Of a stretch of 32,000 bases of DNA, positions 7,797 to 17,512 are shown piece by piece (the first letter of the stretch is position 1; every line of letters starts with the position of its first letter). The DNA is from Horticoccus luteus. Its GTDB lineage: Bacteria > Verrucomicrobiota > Verrucomicrobiia > Opitutales > Opitutaceae. The translations under genes and the position numbers were made by a program. The notes under the pieces are model-generated. The model did no database searches. It was not told where the DNA came from and worked only from the letters and a program-made list of their open reading frames with translations. The stretch is from assembly GCF_019464535.1 (NCBI RefSeq), contig NZ_CP080507.1, positions 2,010,001 through 2,042,000 of the forward strand, in the 5' to 3' direction.

Positions 7797-10013
7797 TCAC
7801 TCCGCCGTCCACTTGAAAATCGTTGTCGAGAGCGGTGGCAGCGTGAGTTCGAGCGACTGGCTGTAGCCATCGCAGCCGACCTCCTCCGCCATTCGGCCGC
7901 CGCCATTGCCGAGCCCCGTGCCGCCGTAATATTCACTATTGCTGTTGATCACCTCGCGCCAGAAACCGCGCCGTGGCACGCCTACCCGGTAAGGTGCGCG
8001 GGTTGCTCCACTGAAATGGCCTACGACGAGTAGTAACGTGCGCTCGTCCTCGGCGATACGCAGATACGCGATCACCTGCGCATCGGCGTCGGTGCAGGAA
8101 ACCCAGCGAAAGCCCTGCGGCGTGAGGTCGCGTTGCCCCAGCGCCGCCTCGTCGCGATAGAGGCGATTCAGATCGCGCACGAGCAGCCGGATGCCTTCGT
8201 GATCCGGAAACTGGCACAGGTGCCAGTCGAGGCTGGCGTCGTGATTCCACTCGTGCGACTGGCCGAAGTCGCACCCCATGAACAACAGCTTCTTGCCCGG
8301 ATACGCCCAGACATGAGCATATAGCGCCCGCAGGTTGGCCGCCTTCTGCGGGATGTGCCACGCGCCCATTTTGTAGAGCATCGAGCCTTTCCCGTGCACC
8401 ACTTCGTCGTGCGAATAGACCGAGATAAAGTTTTCCGCATATTGATACAGCATGCCGAACGTAAGGTCATTCTGGTGCCATTTCCGGTGCGCGGGCTCGC
8501 GGCTGAAGTAGCTCAACGTGTCGTGCATTAACCCCATGTTCCACTTGAAGTCGAAGCCCAGTCCGCCCTCGCTGGTCGGCCGGCTCACCTGCGGAAACGA
8601 CGTCGATTCCTCCGCTATCATCAGCACGCCCGGATGGTAGCGCCGCACAAGATCGTTGGTGGTTTTAAGAAATTCGATCGCTTCCAGATTTTCCCGTCCT
8701 CCGAACCGGTTGGGCAACCACTCCCCGGCTTTGCGGGAGTAATCGAGATAGAGCATCGACGCCACCGCGTCCACGCGCAGCCCGTCCACATGGTATCGCT
8801 CGCACCACGCCAGGGCGCTCGCGGTGAGAAAGCAGCGCACTTCGTTGCGCCCGTAATTAAAGATCAGCGTGCCCCAATCCATGTGCGCGCCCTGCCGCGG
8901 ATCCGCATGTTCGTACACGTGCGTCCCATCGAATTCCGCCAGCGCGAAGCTATCGCGCGGAAAATGCGCGGGCACCCAGTCGAGGATGACGCCGATGCCG
9001 CGCTGATGCAGGTGATCCACGAACCAGGCAAAATCCTCCGGCCGCCCGAACCGGTGCGTCGGCGCGAAGAATCCCGTGACCTGATACCCCCACGAGCCGC
9101 TGAACGGATACTCCGCCACGGGCAGCACCTCGATGTGCGTGTAGCCCATTTCCGTCACGTAATCGCCGAGCGCCACCGCGAGTTCGCGATAAGTCAGAGG
9201 CCGGTTGTTGTCCTCCGGTTTCCGACGCCACGAACCCAGATGCACTTCGTAGATGGAGATCGGCCGGTCGAGTCGGCCCGCCTGCGCCCGGCGCGCTGCC
9301 AACCACGCGTCGTCGCCCCACGCAAACCGATCGACATCGCACACGATCGCCGCGTTGTTCGGCGCGGGCTCGAAATACGTGCCATACGGATCAGTCTTCA
9401 TCCGCGTGCGCCCTGCCTGATCGCGCACGGAGAATTTATACAGCTCTCCCGCCGCGAGCCCCGGCACAAACAACTCCCACACGCCCGACGAGCCGAGCGG
9501 CCGCATCGGATGATAACGCGCATCCCAGCCGTTGAAGTTGCCCAGCAGCGAGACCTGTTTCGCCGCCGGTGCCCACACCGCAAAAGCCGTGCCCACCACG
9601 CCGTTCATCTCGCGCACGTGCGAGCCGAGCTTATGGTGCACGCGGTGCTCGTTGCCTTCGTTGAACAGGTAGAGATCTTGCGCGTCCAGCGTCGGCAGAA
9701 ACGCATACGGATCGAAAAACTGCCGCAACTCCCCGGCCGGCGTGCCCACGCGCAACTGGTAGCGAAACACCTCCTTGCGCTTCGTGATCACGCCTTCGAA
9801 GAAACCCTCCTGACCTGTCCGCGTGAGCTCCCACTGCTCGTTCGTCGCCGGATCCACGACCGCACACGTCACCGCATTTTGCACCAACGCGCGCACCAGC
9901 ACACCGGCTGTTTTCCCCTTTTGGAAAGGGTGCATGCCGACCAGCGTATGCGGATCCGCGTAGCGGGCGTCGAGCAAGGCGCTGAGATCGGCGGGGTTGG
10001 TGAGGACTGCCAT
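7797..10013 (-). CDS. glgB: 1,4-alpha-glucan branching enzyme
   Basis: The 738-aa protein has the GH13 branching-enzyme pattern throughout: FAVWAPAA, YEVHLGSW, GYTHIEVLPV..HPF.GSWGYQ, GIGVILDWVPAHF, DGLRVDAVASMLY, MIAEEST, and YSHDEVVHGKGS. Confidence 0.95.
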   Translation of the reverse strand: MAVLTNPADLSALLDARYADPHTLVGMHPFQKGKTAGVLVRALVQNAVTCAVVDPATNEQWELTRTGQEGFFEGVITKRKEVFRYQLRVGTPAGELRQFFDPYAFLPTLDAQDLYLFNEGNEHRVHHKLGSHVREMNGVVGTAFAVWAPAAKQVSLLGNFNGWDARYHPMRPLGSSGVWELFVPGLAAGELYKFSVRDQAGRTRMKTDPYGTYFEPAPNNAAIVCDVDRFAWGDDAWLAARRAQAGRLDRPISIYEVHLGSWRRKPEDNNRPLTYRELAVALGDYVTEMGYTHIEVLPVAEYPFSGSWGYQVTGFFAPTHRFGRPEDFAWFVDHLHQRGIGVILDWVPAHFPRDSFALAEFDGTHVYEHADPRQGAHMDWGTLIFNYGRNEVRCFLTASALAWCERYHVDGLRVDAVASMLYLDYSRKAGEWLPNRFGGRENLEAIEFLKTTNDLVRRYHPGVLMIAEESTSFPQVSRPTSEGGLGFDFKWNMGLMHDTLSYFSREPAHRKWHQNDLTFGMLYQYAENFISVYSHDEVVHGKGSMLYKMGAWHIPQKAANLRALYAHVWAYPGKKLLFMGCDFGQSHEWNHDASLDWHLCQFPDHEGIRLLVRDLNRLYRDEAALGQRDLTPQGFRWVSCTDADAQVIAYLRIAEDERTLLLVVGHFSGATRAPYRVGVPRRGFWREVINSNSEYYGGTGLGNGGGRMAEEVGCDGYSQSLELTLPPLSTTIFKWTAE

Positions 10014-10070
10014 GCGCTGTGAGTCTGCAGGAGAACGGCGTCACCGTCTAGCCGGGAAACCACCGAAAGC

Positions 10071-12809
10071 TCAGCCGGTGTTTTTTAACCCGCCGCTGAT
10101 TCCACTGATGGTCAGCTCCACCACGCGCCTCGCGGCGTCGGCTTCTTCGCCCGCCAGTTTGCCGCCGCGCAAACGCCGGAGCATTTCGACCTGCACATAA
10201 TTCAGCGGATCGATGTAGGGATTGCGCAGTTCCACCGAGCGCCGCAGGACCGGTTCGTGCCCGAGCAACTGCCGCTCGCCCGTCACCTGCAGAATCGCCC
10301 GCTCCGTGCGCGCAAACTCCTCCGCGATCAACCCAAACACCCGCGTGCGCACGCCTTCGTCGGGCACCAGACCCGCATACAGCGCCGCGATCCCCATGTC
10401 GGCCTTGCGCAACGTGAGCTGCGCGTTGTCGATCATGGTCGCGAAAAACGGCCACTCCGCGTGCATCGTGCGCAGCAGCCGTCGTCCCGCGGGACCGCGT
10501 TGCAACACCGTCTCCAGCGCCGCGCCCAGCCCGAACCAGCCGGGAAAGTTGAAACGGCTCTGCATCCACGAAAACACCCACGGGATCGCGCGCAGGTCGC
10601 CCACGCTGTGCGTCGCCTTCCGATACGTCGGCCGCGAGCCGAGCTTCAGGTTCGCGATCTCGTCAATCGGCGTCGCCGCGCGCCAGAACACGAGAAATTC
10701 CGGATCGTCATGCACCGCGGCCTTGTAGGCCCGAAAGCCCGCCGCGCTCATCTCGGCCATGGCTGTTTTCCACTCCGCGGGAATCGCCGCCTCTCGTTGC
10801 GCCGCATGCGTGCCGAGCAACACGCCATACGTCATCTGCTCGAGGATGCGGTGCGCCAGATCCGGGTCGTGGTAACGCGTGGACAACACCTCTCCTTGCT
10901 CCGTCACGCGAATCCCGCCGTCGTGCAAGCCCACCGGTTGCGCGAGAATCGCCTTCGCCGCCGGCCCGCCGCCGCGCGCAATGCTGCCGCCGCGCCCATG
11001 GAACAGCGTCACCCGCACACCCTGCTGCCGGCACAACTGCGTGATGGTTTCCTGGGCTTCGTAGAGCGCCCAATTCGCCGTCACATAACCGCAGTCCTTG
11101 TTGCTGTCCGAGTAGCCCAGCATCACGTGCTGGTGCTCCGGACGCGGACGGCCGGGCAGTTCGAAATACGCCGCCAGAATTGCGGGCGCGCGTTGCAAAT
11201 CATCGAGCGTCTCGAAAAGCGGCGCGACGGGCAGCACCGCGCCGGCGAGTCGCTGCAACAGCTCCACTTCCAATAAATCCGACACCTCGTCCGTCATGCT
11301 GATGACGTAAATGCCCAGCGCCTCCGAGCCGAAGAGCGCCTGCACCCGCGCCGCCAGCACCAGCGGATCGAGCGCGCTGCGGGTCGCGGGCGAGAGACGG
11401 GCGCGTTGGGCCGCCGTCAACGGCTTCGCTTTCGCCAATGCTTTTTGCAGCAACGCGCGTTTTCCGTCTTCCGCGAGGCCCGCGTAGTCGTCGCGTTTCA
11501 GCAACTCGCGCACGGCCACTTCGTGCTGCGCGGAGTGCTGGCGCAGATCGAGTCGCGCCGTGTGCAGCCCGAACACGTCCAGCCGCTCCTGCATCGCCTG
11601 CAACTCCCCGTCGATCAACACCGCGCCCTTCCCCGCGGCGAGACTAGCGCGAATGACGGCCAGCAGCCGGTCGATGTCGTCCTCCCCGAGAGCATCCTTC
11701 CCCGCCGCTGTTTTTTTCTCCAAGGCCGCGCCGTCCTGCACTGCCTCCACCGCACGCGCGAGCTCGCCGCGCAACGCCGTCAGCAACAACCGATACGGCT
11801 CATGCGGATACCGACGGCTCAACGCCTCCACATGCGCGCTCGTGGGAATCTTTTCGCGCAACAATTTTCGCAACGCCGGCGAAATCGCGTCGCGCCGATC
11901 GCTCACTGTCAGCGTGCGGCCCAGTTCCCGCGCGGACAAGCGGAGCTTTTCGATCGCGAGCCGCCGGTGCAGCGCCAGCACTTCCGCGGTCACGGCCGCG
12001 GTGACGTTCGGATTCCCATCGCGATCGCCGCCGATCCACGACCCAAACGTCAGCCAGCGGCGCGGCGCCTGCACATCGGGGAAATGCTCCGCCAACGCGC
12101 GTTCCAAATCCGCCTGCAACCGCGGCAGCGTTTCGAACAGCGTCGTGTCAAAATACCACAGCCCCGTGCGCGCCTCGTCGACGACGCCTGGCTGCTCCAC
12201 CCGGCTGCGGTCCGTCAGCCACAACGAGGCGATTTCGCGCGCCACCCCGTCCGCGTCCGTCCGCAACGCATCGCCGCGCAGCAACTCCCCGAGCCGCCGC
12301 AACTTTTCCAACAACGTCCGGCGTTTCGATTCCGTCGGGTGCGCCGTGAACACCAGCTCGATCGCCACGCGGTCGAGCAACCGCTGCATCTCGCCCGCCT
12401 CCACCCCCGCCGCCTTCAATTCCGCCACCGCGCTCGCGATCGATTCGCGCAACGGCTCGCCCTGCCCCGCGCGCCACGCCTGCCGGCGTTCGCGGAGCAA
12501 GTGCACGCGGAAGTTTTCCTCCGCGAGATTCACCAGCTCGAAATACAAGGTGAACGCCATCGTCTGGTTAAACGCATCCGCCGCCGGCAGCGCTGCGACC
12601 GCCGCCGCCAGTTTCACCGCCGCACTTTCGTCCCCCGCGCGTCGCGCCTTCGCCAGCTTGCGCAGCGTTTCAACCGTCTCGAAGGTCGCCGGCCCCTCCA
12701 GCCGCGTGATCACCTCGCCGAGCGTTTGCCCGAGCAAACGCACTTGGGCGCTCAGGTGCGACATTTCATGCAGGGCGGAGGAGCGGCGGCGGGCGGTGGG
12801 CTTCGTCAT
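10071..12809 (-). CDS. ppc: Phosphoenolpyruvate carboxylase
   Basis: From the internal ATG at 12807-12809: MTKPTARRRSSALHEMSHLSAQVRLLGQTLGEVI, which aligns with the classical PEPC N-terminus. Other hallmarks are VFTAHPTE, GYSDSNKDCGY, FHGRGGSIARGGGP and the C-terminal ...GLKNTG. The extra 145 N-terminal codons of the track ORF overlap the lptD-like gene and are rejected. Confidence 0.95.
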   Translation of the reverse strand: MTKPTARRRSSALHEMSHLSAQVRLLGQTLGEVITRLEGPATFETVETLRKLAKARRAGDESAAVKLAAAVAALPAADAFNQTMAFTLYFELVNLAEENFRVHLLRERRQAWRAGQGEPLRESIASAVAELKAAGVEAGEMQRLLDRVAIELVFTAHPTESKRRTLLEKLRRLGELLRGDALRTDADGVAREIASLWLTDRSRVEQPGVVDEARTGLWYFDTTLFETLPRLQADLERALAEHFPDVQAPRRWLTFGSWIGGDRDGNPNVTAAVTAEVLALHRRLAIEKLRLSARELGRTLTVSDRRDAISPALRKLLREKIPTSAHVEALSRRYPHEPYRLLLTALRGELARAVEAVQDGAALEKKTAAGKDALGEDDIDRLLAVIRASLAAGKGAVLIDGELQAMQERLDVFGLHTARLDLRQHSAQHEVAVRELLKRDDYAGLAEDGKRALLQKALAKAKPLTAAQRARLSPATRSALDPLVLAARVQALFGSEALGIYVISMTDEVSDLLEVELLQRLAGAVLPVAPLFETLDDLQRAPAILAAYFELPGRPRPEHQHVMLGYSDSNKDCGYVTANWALYEAQETITQLCRQQGVRVTLFHGRGGSIARGGGPAAKAILAQPVGLHDGGIRVTEQGEVLSTRYHDPDLAHRILEQMTYGVLLGTHAAQREAAIPAEWKTAMAEMSAAGFRAYKAAVHDDPEFLVFWRAATPIDEIANLKLGSRPTYRKATHSVGDLRAIPWVFSWMQSRFNFPGWFGLGAALETVLQRGPAGRRLLRTMHAEWPFFATMIDNAQLTLRKADMGIAALYAGLVPDEGVRTRVFGLIAEEFARTERAILQVTGERQLLGHEPVLRRSVELRNPYIDPLNYVQVEMLRRLRGGKLAGEEADAARRVVELTISGISGGLKNTG

Positions 12810-12953
12810 CAACGGTGGATTAGCTTGCGCCGGATGGCGTCTCCGGGAAGCGAATTCTGCCGCCGACCTGTCATAGAACCCTTTCGTTCCGCCCGTGTTT
12901 TCCCATCCCGGCAGAAGGCTTGCTAGGCCGCCTAACGGTGCTTTGCTGCGCCC

Positions 12954-15035
12954 GTGCTGACTCGCCGTCTGTTGACCTTTTTTTTCGCCCTTGCCGGTGC
13001 CGCGGCGCTCCGTGTTTGCGCCGCCGAATCCGCGCCGCCCAACGTCACCGCCCGCGAGGTGCATTTCGATTACGCGCGCAACGTCTACGTCGTCACCGGC
13101 GAAGCGCATCTCACCGATGGCAATGCCCTCCTCACGGCCGACGAGATCCTCTACAACCCCGACACAGGTGATGCCGTCGCCACCGGCCATGTGACGCTCA
13201 CGCGCGGCCCGCAGCGGCTGCTCGCCGACCAGCTCACCTACCACGTGCGCGACCGCTCATTTTCCGCCAGCGACGTGCGCCTGGGCGAGTATCCGCTTTA
13301 TGTGAGCGGCGCCACCGCGAGCGGCGCGAAGGATACCGTCACGCTCACCGACGCGCGCGCTTCCGTGCGCGAACCCGGCTCATTCAGCCCGACGCTCACC
13401 GCCAACAAGCTCATTTATACGGCGGGCAAAACCGTCCGCGCCGAAGGCGCCACCGCCGGCGTGGGCGGCGTCCATCCGCTCGCGTTGCCCAAGTATCAAC
13501 AATCGGTGCACGAGCCGGCATTCTCTTACATCGCGTTGACCGGTGGCTACCGTTCGTCGCTCGGCGTGTATGCCGAAGCGGGCCTGCGTCTGCCCGTCGC
13601 CCCCGCCGTGAAAGCCGGCGCCGACCTCGGTCTCTATTCCAGCCGCGGCATCCTGATCGGGCCCGCCGCCGAATACGGCAGCGACGACGGACCGTTTCGC
13701 GGCTCGTTCCACTCCGGCTTCATTCACGATTACGGCGACCGGCGCACCGGGCTCCTCGGTCGCAGCATTCCCGCTGACCGCGGCTATGCGCTCTGGACGC
13801 ATCAGCAACAGGCGACCGACGCGCTCACCCTCAACGCGCAGGTCAATTATTGGAGCGATTCGGAAGTGCTCCGCGATTTTCACCCCAGCTGGTTCTTCCC
13901 CGTGCAGGAACCCGATACCTTCGCCGAAGCGGTTTACACCGGCGAAAACTACTTCGGCTCAGCTTTCGCACGCTTCCACCCAAACTCCTTTCACAACGTT
14001 CAGGAACGCCTCCCGGAACTGCGTTTTGACCTGCTCCCCGTCACGGTCGGCAACGGATTCGTGCAACGCTTCAACACCGGCGTCGCCGTCCTGCGCGATG
14101 CTCCCGTTGCCAACACGCCCACCCTCAATAGCCAACGCTTCGACGCCTACTACGCGCTCTCCCGGCCCTTCGCACCGCGCGATTGGTTCAGTTTCACGCC
14201 GGTCGTCGGCGGCCGCCTCACGCACTACGCGGAGGCGACCGGCGGTCGCAGCACTTACACCCGCGCCCTCGGCGAGGTCGGCTTCGATGCCGCACTCCGC
14301 ACCAGCGGCACCTTCGATTACCACAACGAAAAGTGGAAAATCGACGGCCTCCGCCATCTGCTGACACCGCGTATTTCTTACCGCTACGTGCCGCAGGCCG
14401 ACAAAGGCCAGCTCTACATTCCCGCGATCGACCGCGATACGTTCAACACGTATCTCCCGCCGCTTGGCCTCGGCGACACGCGCAATATCGACGACCTCCG
14501 CAAGACCAACACGCTGCGCGTCGGCCTCGATAACACCCTGCAAACGCGCGACCCCGTTTACGGTTCCCGCGACCTGGTAACGCTCAACACCGCCGCCGAC
14601 TTCCGCTTCGACCGCGCGCCCGGCGAACGCGAACTCGCGGCGATTCACACTGAGCTCATCGTCTCGCCCGTCGCCTGGCTGCAGTTCAATCTCTACGAAA
14701 GTTTCGCGCCGGATAATTTCACCCTGCAACAGCTCACCACCGGCATTACGCTGCTCGACGGCGAGGCGTGGTCTTTGCAGCTCGCGAACCATTATTTGCA
14801 GCACCAGACCGACGAATACCGGCTCCAATATCGCCTGCGGCTCAACGAAGTTTACGGCATCGCCGCCCGCCTCCAATACGATGCGCGCCACGCCCGGTTC
14901 ACTGAAACCGCGGTCGGCTTGCAGCAAACCCTCGGCAACGCATGGCTCGTCGAATACGGCGTGACGATCTATGCGGGCCCGCGTCGCGAAAGCAGTTTCG
15001 GTTTCGCCGTGCGGCTCACGCCGCTGACGTTTTGA
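12954..15035 (+). CDS. lptD: LPS-assembly protein LptD / OstA-like outer-membrane protein
   Basis: GTG start followed by a signal peptide (MLTRRLLTFFFALAGAAALRVCAAE). The N-terminal domain is OstA-like (VHFDYARNVYVVTGEAHLTDGNALLTADEILYNPDTGDAVATGHVTL). A long Y/R/D/L-rich C-terminal beta-barrel region ends in ...RLTPLTF. The family call rests on domain pattern only. Confidence 0.65.
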   Translation: MLTRRLLTFFFALAGAAALRVCAAESAPPNVTAREVHFDYARNVYVVTGEAHLTDGNALLTADEILYNPDTGDAVATGHVTLTRGPQRLLADQLTYHVRDRSFSASDVRLGEYPLYVSGATASGAKDTVTLTDARASVREPGSFSPTLTANKLIYTAGKTVRAEGATAGVGGVHPLALPKYQQSVHEPAFSYIALTGGYRSSLGVYAEAGLRLPVAPAVKAGADLGLYSSRGILIGPAAEYGSDDGPFRGSFHSGFIHDYGDRRTGLLGRSIPADRGYALWTHQQQATDALTLNAQVNYWSDSEVLRDFHPSWFFPVQEPDTFAEAVYTGENYFGSAFARFHPNSFHNVQERLPELRFDLLPVTVGNGFVQRFNTGVAVLRDAPVANTPTLNSQRFDAYYALSRPFAPRDWFSFTPVVGGRLTHYAEATGGRSTYTRALGEVGFDAALRTSGTFDYHNEKWKIDGLRHLLTPRISYRYVPQADKGQLYIPAIDRDTFNTYLPPLGLGDTRNIDDLRKTNTLRVGLDNTLQTRDPVYGSRDLVTLNTAADFRFDRAPGERELAAIHTELIVSPVAWLQFNLYESFAPDNFTLQQLTTGITLLDGEAWSLQLANHYLQHQTDEYRLQYRLRLNEVYGIAARLQYDARHARFTETAVGLQQTLGNAWLVEYGVTIYAGPRRESSFGFAVRLTPLTF

Positions 15036-15042
15036 TCGCCCG

Positions 15043-16206
15043 ATGAGCATCGCCGGCAGCCAGCGGCAAATTCTCCTCGCCCTGCTCGCCCGTCTGCAAC
15101 CGCACTGGCATCGCGATCGCAACCTGCCCGCGCGCCTCGATCCCTTGCTCAAGGGCGACCGCCGTTTCGGATCGCGCGACCGCCGGCTCTATCGCGAACT
15201 TATTTACACCGCGCTGCGTCTGCTGCCGGAAGTCGAACCGCTGCTCGCTGACAATCCCGACGAAGCCGTGCGCCGCCTCGCTTGGGCCGCGGCCGAAACG
15301 CCTGCAACGCGGAATTTTCGCGCCGCATTTGCCACCGGCGAAACGTATGCCGCCGATCCCGTCCGCCTGCTGCCGGGGTGGTTTCGCGCGCATTGCCCCG
15401 CCGCGTTCGAACCCCTTCAAGCCGCTGCACTCGCGACGCGCGCGCCGCTCTGGTTGCGCCTGCAAACCGACGACGCTTCGGCCGTCATCGCCGAATTCGC
15501 CGCGCTCGGATGGACCGTCGAGAGCGCGCCGCTTTTACCCTCCGCGCTTCGGCTCGGCGCCGACGTCGACGTGACAAAAACCGCTGCTTACGCACGCGGC
15601 GCCATCGAAGTGCAAGACCTCGGCTCGCAGTTTTTGCTGCAGACTGTCGGAATTGAGCCCGGCGGCATGTGGCTGGATGCATGTGCCGGTGCCGGCGGCA
15701 AAACGCTCCAACTCGCGCGACTCCTCGGTCCCTCCGGCCGGGTCGACGCCACCGACGTTCGCTCCGCCGCGCTCGACGAACTCGTCGTGCGGGTTCGACG
15801 CGCGGGACTCGCGAACATCCGCCGCGTCGACGCACCTGCCGCCACCTACGACGGTGTTCTGATCGACGCTCCCTGCTCCGGCTCGGGCACGTGGCGCCGC
15901 GCCCCTCATCTCAAGTGGAGCACCACGCCCGACACGATCGAGCGCGCACGCACCGTCCAGCTCGCCCTTTTGCATCAACACGCGGCGCACGTGCGTCCCG
16001 GCGGACGCCTCATTTACACCACGTGCTCGCTCAGCCATCGCGAAAACGACGACGTGGTCAGCGAGTTCCTCGTATCCGCTCCCGAGTTCACCGCCGCACC
16101 GTTCGCGCGTGATTTCGGCGGCACACCCACTGCGACCGGGCTTACCATCCTTCCCGCGACGCATGATTCCGACGGCTTCTTCGTCGCCTCGCTGCAGCGG
16201 CACTAG
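15043..16206 (+). CDS. RsmB/NOL1/NOP2/Sun-family RNA cytosine-C5 methyltransferase
   Basis: It has a SAM-binding motif (LDACAGAGGKTLQLA) and catalytic motifs (VLIDAPCSGSGTWRR and GGRLIYTTCSL). The start is 7 nt after the lptD-like stop. Confidence 0.85.
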   Translation: MSIAGSQRQILLALLARLQPHWHRDRNLPARLDPLLKGDRRFGSRDRRLYRELIYTALRLLPEVEPLLADNPDEAVRRLAWAAAETPATRNFRAAFATGETYAADPVRLLPGWFRAHCPAAFEPLQAAALATRAPLWLRLQTDDASAVIAEFAALGWTVESAPLLPSALRLGADVDVTKTAAYARGAIEVQDLGSQFLLQTVGIEPGGMWLDACAGAGGKTLQLARLLGPSGRVDATDVRSAALDELVVRVRRAGLANIRRVDAPAATYDGVLIDAPCSGSGTWRRAPHLKWSTTPDTIERARTVQLALLHQHAAHVRPGGRLIYTTCSLSHRENDDVVSEFLVSAPEFTAAPFARDFGGTPTATGLTILPATHDSDGFFVASLQRH

Positions 16207-16338
16207 TTCGACGGCTCATGTTGAGTGCGGAGCGATAAGCGCAGTCCCCCGCCGCCACGTTCGTTCCGCAGTGATGGGTAACACGCTGCGGTCCGATGCC
16301 CGCCCTCAAAAGCATCGACGAAAACCGCAACCTCAACA

Positions 16339-16369
16339 CCAAAACCGCATACCTTGACTCTTGACAAAG
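16339..16369 (+). repeat. Left copy of an imperfect direct repeat flanking the HUH-transposase-like gene
   Basis: The left copy reads CCAAAACCGCA-tac-CTTGACTC-ttgACAAAg. The identical blocks CAAAACCGCA and CTTGACTC recur in the same order at 17478-17512, and AAAACCGCA also occurs at 16321. The copy contains two overlapping TTGAC(-35-like) hexamers just upstream of the gene. Confidence 0.6.
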
Positions 16370-16394
16370 TTACGTTGAAAGGAGGCGATGAGCC

Positions 16395-17384
16395 ATGGGC
16401 GGACCTCTAAGAATGGAATATGCCGGCGCATGCTATCATGTGATCAACCGGGGTAATTATCGGCGTAACGTGTTCGCGGGCGAAGGCGCGGCGGAAGCGT
16501 TTGTGCGGACCTTGGACGAGACGGCGACGAGGTTTGGCTGGCGGATCCACGCCTATGTGGTGATGAGCAACCATTTCCATCTCGCGGTGGAGTTGACCGA
16601 ACCCAATTTGAGCGACGGCATGAAGTGGCTGCAAGGCACGTGGGTGCGACGGTCCAACGGCGTTCGGGGCGTGGTTGGTCGCCCGTTTCAGGGTCGTTAC
16701 AAAGCGCTCTTGGTGGAGCCGGGGCACGTTCTCGGACAGGTGGCGCATTACATTCACCTCAACCCCGTGCGGGCGGGCGTGGTGGCGGCGAACGAGGCAA
16801 TCAAATATCCGTGGAGCAGTCTGCCGTGGTGGACGCGAAAGGATCGGCCGGACTGGCTGGAGGCAGAAACTGTGCTCCGCGAAGCGGGCGGACTCAAGGA
16901 CACCGCGAAAGGCTGGACGAAATACCAAGGTTATCTGGAATTCCTGGCGACTGACGCCGGCATGGCGAAGGAACTGGTCGCCAAACGCCTCAGTCGCGGC
17001 TGGTGCGTCGGCGGCGAGAAATTCAAGGCCGCCGCAAGACGTGATCTGGCACGGCGCGGGGCTGATCTCGAGCGCAGCCGCTTTGCCGGGCTCGAGCCCG
17101 GGGCGCATCGGGCCGAACGGGAATTGGTCTGGGAAGAAAAACTGGTGAAACTGGCTCAGGCGGCGGAGGTCGACCTCCGCAAACTCGGGAGCGCAAAATC
17201 GGCGCCTGCCAAAGTGCTGCTGGCGGCCGGTATGAAGCAGACGACGTCTGTTTCGAATGGCTGGCTGGCGAAAAGGCTCGGCATGGGTCAACCGGCATCG
17301 GTCAGCCAGTTTGTGCGCCGAGCGCTGCTCGACAGTGCCGGCCGGAAGCGGATCAAGGCGCTGCTGTCAAAAGTCGAGGCCTGA
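16395..17384 (+). CDS. IS200-like/RayT-like HUH (Y1) transposase-family protein with a C-terminal DnaA_C-like helix-turn-helix
   Basis: The N-terminal Y1 fold pattern is present: YHVINRGNYRRNVF, an HUH motif (VVMSNHFHLAVE) and a catalytic-Tyr region (VAHYIHLNPVRAGVV). The C-terminus (AKVLLAAGMKQTTSVSNGWLAKRLGMGQPASVSQFVRR) resembles the DnaA C-terminal HTH. A GGAGG sequence lies 9 nt upstream of ATG 16395. Confidence 0.8.
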   Translation: MGGPLRMEYAGACYHVINRGNYRRNVFAGEGAAEAFVRTLDETATRFGWRIHAYVVMSNHFHLAVELTEPNLSDGMKWLQGTWVRRSNGVRGVVGRPFQGRYKALLVEPGHVLGQVAHYIHLNPVRAGVVAANEAIKYPWSSLPWWTRKDRPDWLEAETVLREAGGLKDTAKGWTKYQGYLEFLATDAGMAKELVAKRLSRGWCVGGEKFKAAARRDLARRGADLERSRFAGLEPGAHRAERELVWEEKLVKLAQAAEVDLRKLGSAKSAPAKVLLAAGMKQTTSVSNGWLAKRLGMGQPASVSQFVRRALLDSAGRKRIKALLSKVEA

Positions 17385-17419
17385 GGTTTTTGGATCCGGT
17401 TGAGGTTTTTGGATCCGGT
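17382..17419 (+). repeat. Perfect tandem duplication, 2 x 19 bp (TGAGGTTTTTGGATCCGGT)
   Basis: Read directly from the sequence: 17382-17400 equals 17401-17419, and the next 3 nt (GAG), preceded by the final T of copy 2, restart the unit as TGAG. The first unit starts with the TGA stop of the transposase-like gene. Each unit contains the palindrome GGATCC. Confidence 0.95.
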
Positions 17420-17477
17420 GAGTCCGATGGGACGAAAAGCCCACGCTTTCCCCTTCAGGACCGGGAGAGATCGCCAG

Positions 17478-17512
17478 CAAAACCGCACGTCGTGGATCTT
17501 GACTCAACAAAC
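17478..17512 (+). repeat. Right copy of the imperfect direct repeat flanking the HUH-transposase-like gene
   Basis: The right copy reads CAAAACCGCA-cgtcgtggat-CTTGACTC-aACAAAc. It is collinear with 16339-16369, sharing 10-nt and 8-nt identical blocks. Confidence 0.6.

Noticed and set aside
8634-10022. 462-aa ORF antisense to glgB
   Set aside because: The translation is low-complexity and R/H/P-rich, and it is fully nested in the unambiguous glgB gene.
10257-12926. Several long plus-strand ORFs (339, 506 and 438 aa) opposite ppc
   Set aside because: All are antisense to the PEP carboxylase gene and extremely Arg/Pro/Ser-rich, with no domain-like motifs. They are high-GC artefacts.
12810-13244. 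N-terminal 145-codon extension of the ppc ORF (track start 13244)
   Set aside because: The extension overlaps the lptD-like gene on the other strand and has no PEPC similarity. The conserved PEPC N-terminus (SAL..VRLLGQTLGEVI) begins just after ATG 12809.
13959-15152. 397-aa ORF antisense to the lptD-like gene
   Set aside because: It is nested antisense with an R/A/G/E-rich composition. The plus-strand frame has a signal peptide and an OstA-like domain.
16407-17291. 294-aa ORF antisense to the HUH transposase-like gene
   Set aside because: It has no motifs. The sense frame has HUH and Tyr motifs and an SD-like GGAGG.
17450-17478. SRP (4.5S) RNA-like string TTCAGGACCGGGAGAGATCGCCAGC
   Set aside because: It only superficially resembles the conserved CAGGUCCGGAAGGAAGCAGC domain IV. 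The GGAA tetraloop and AGCA symmetric-loop residues are not preserved, and no long closing helix is evident.
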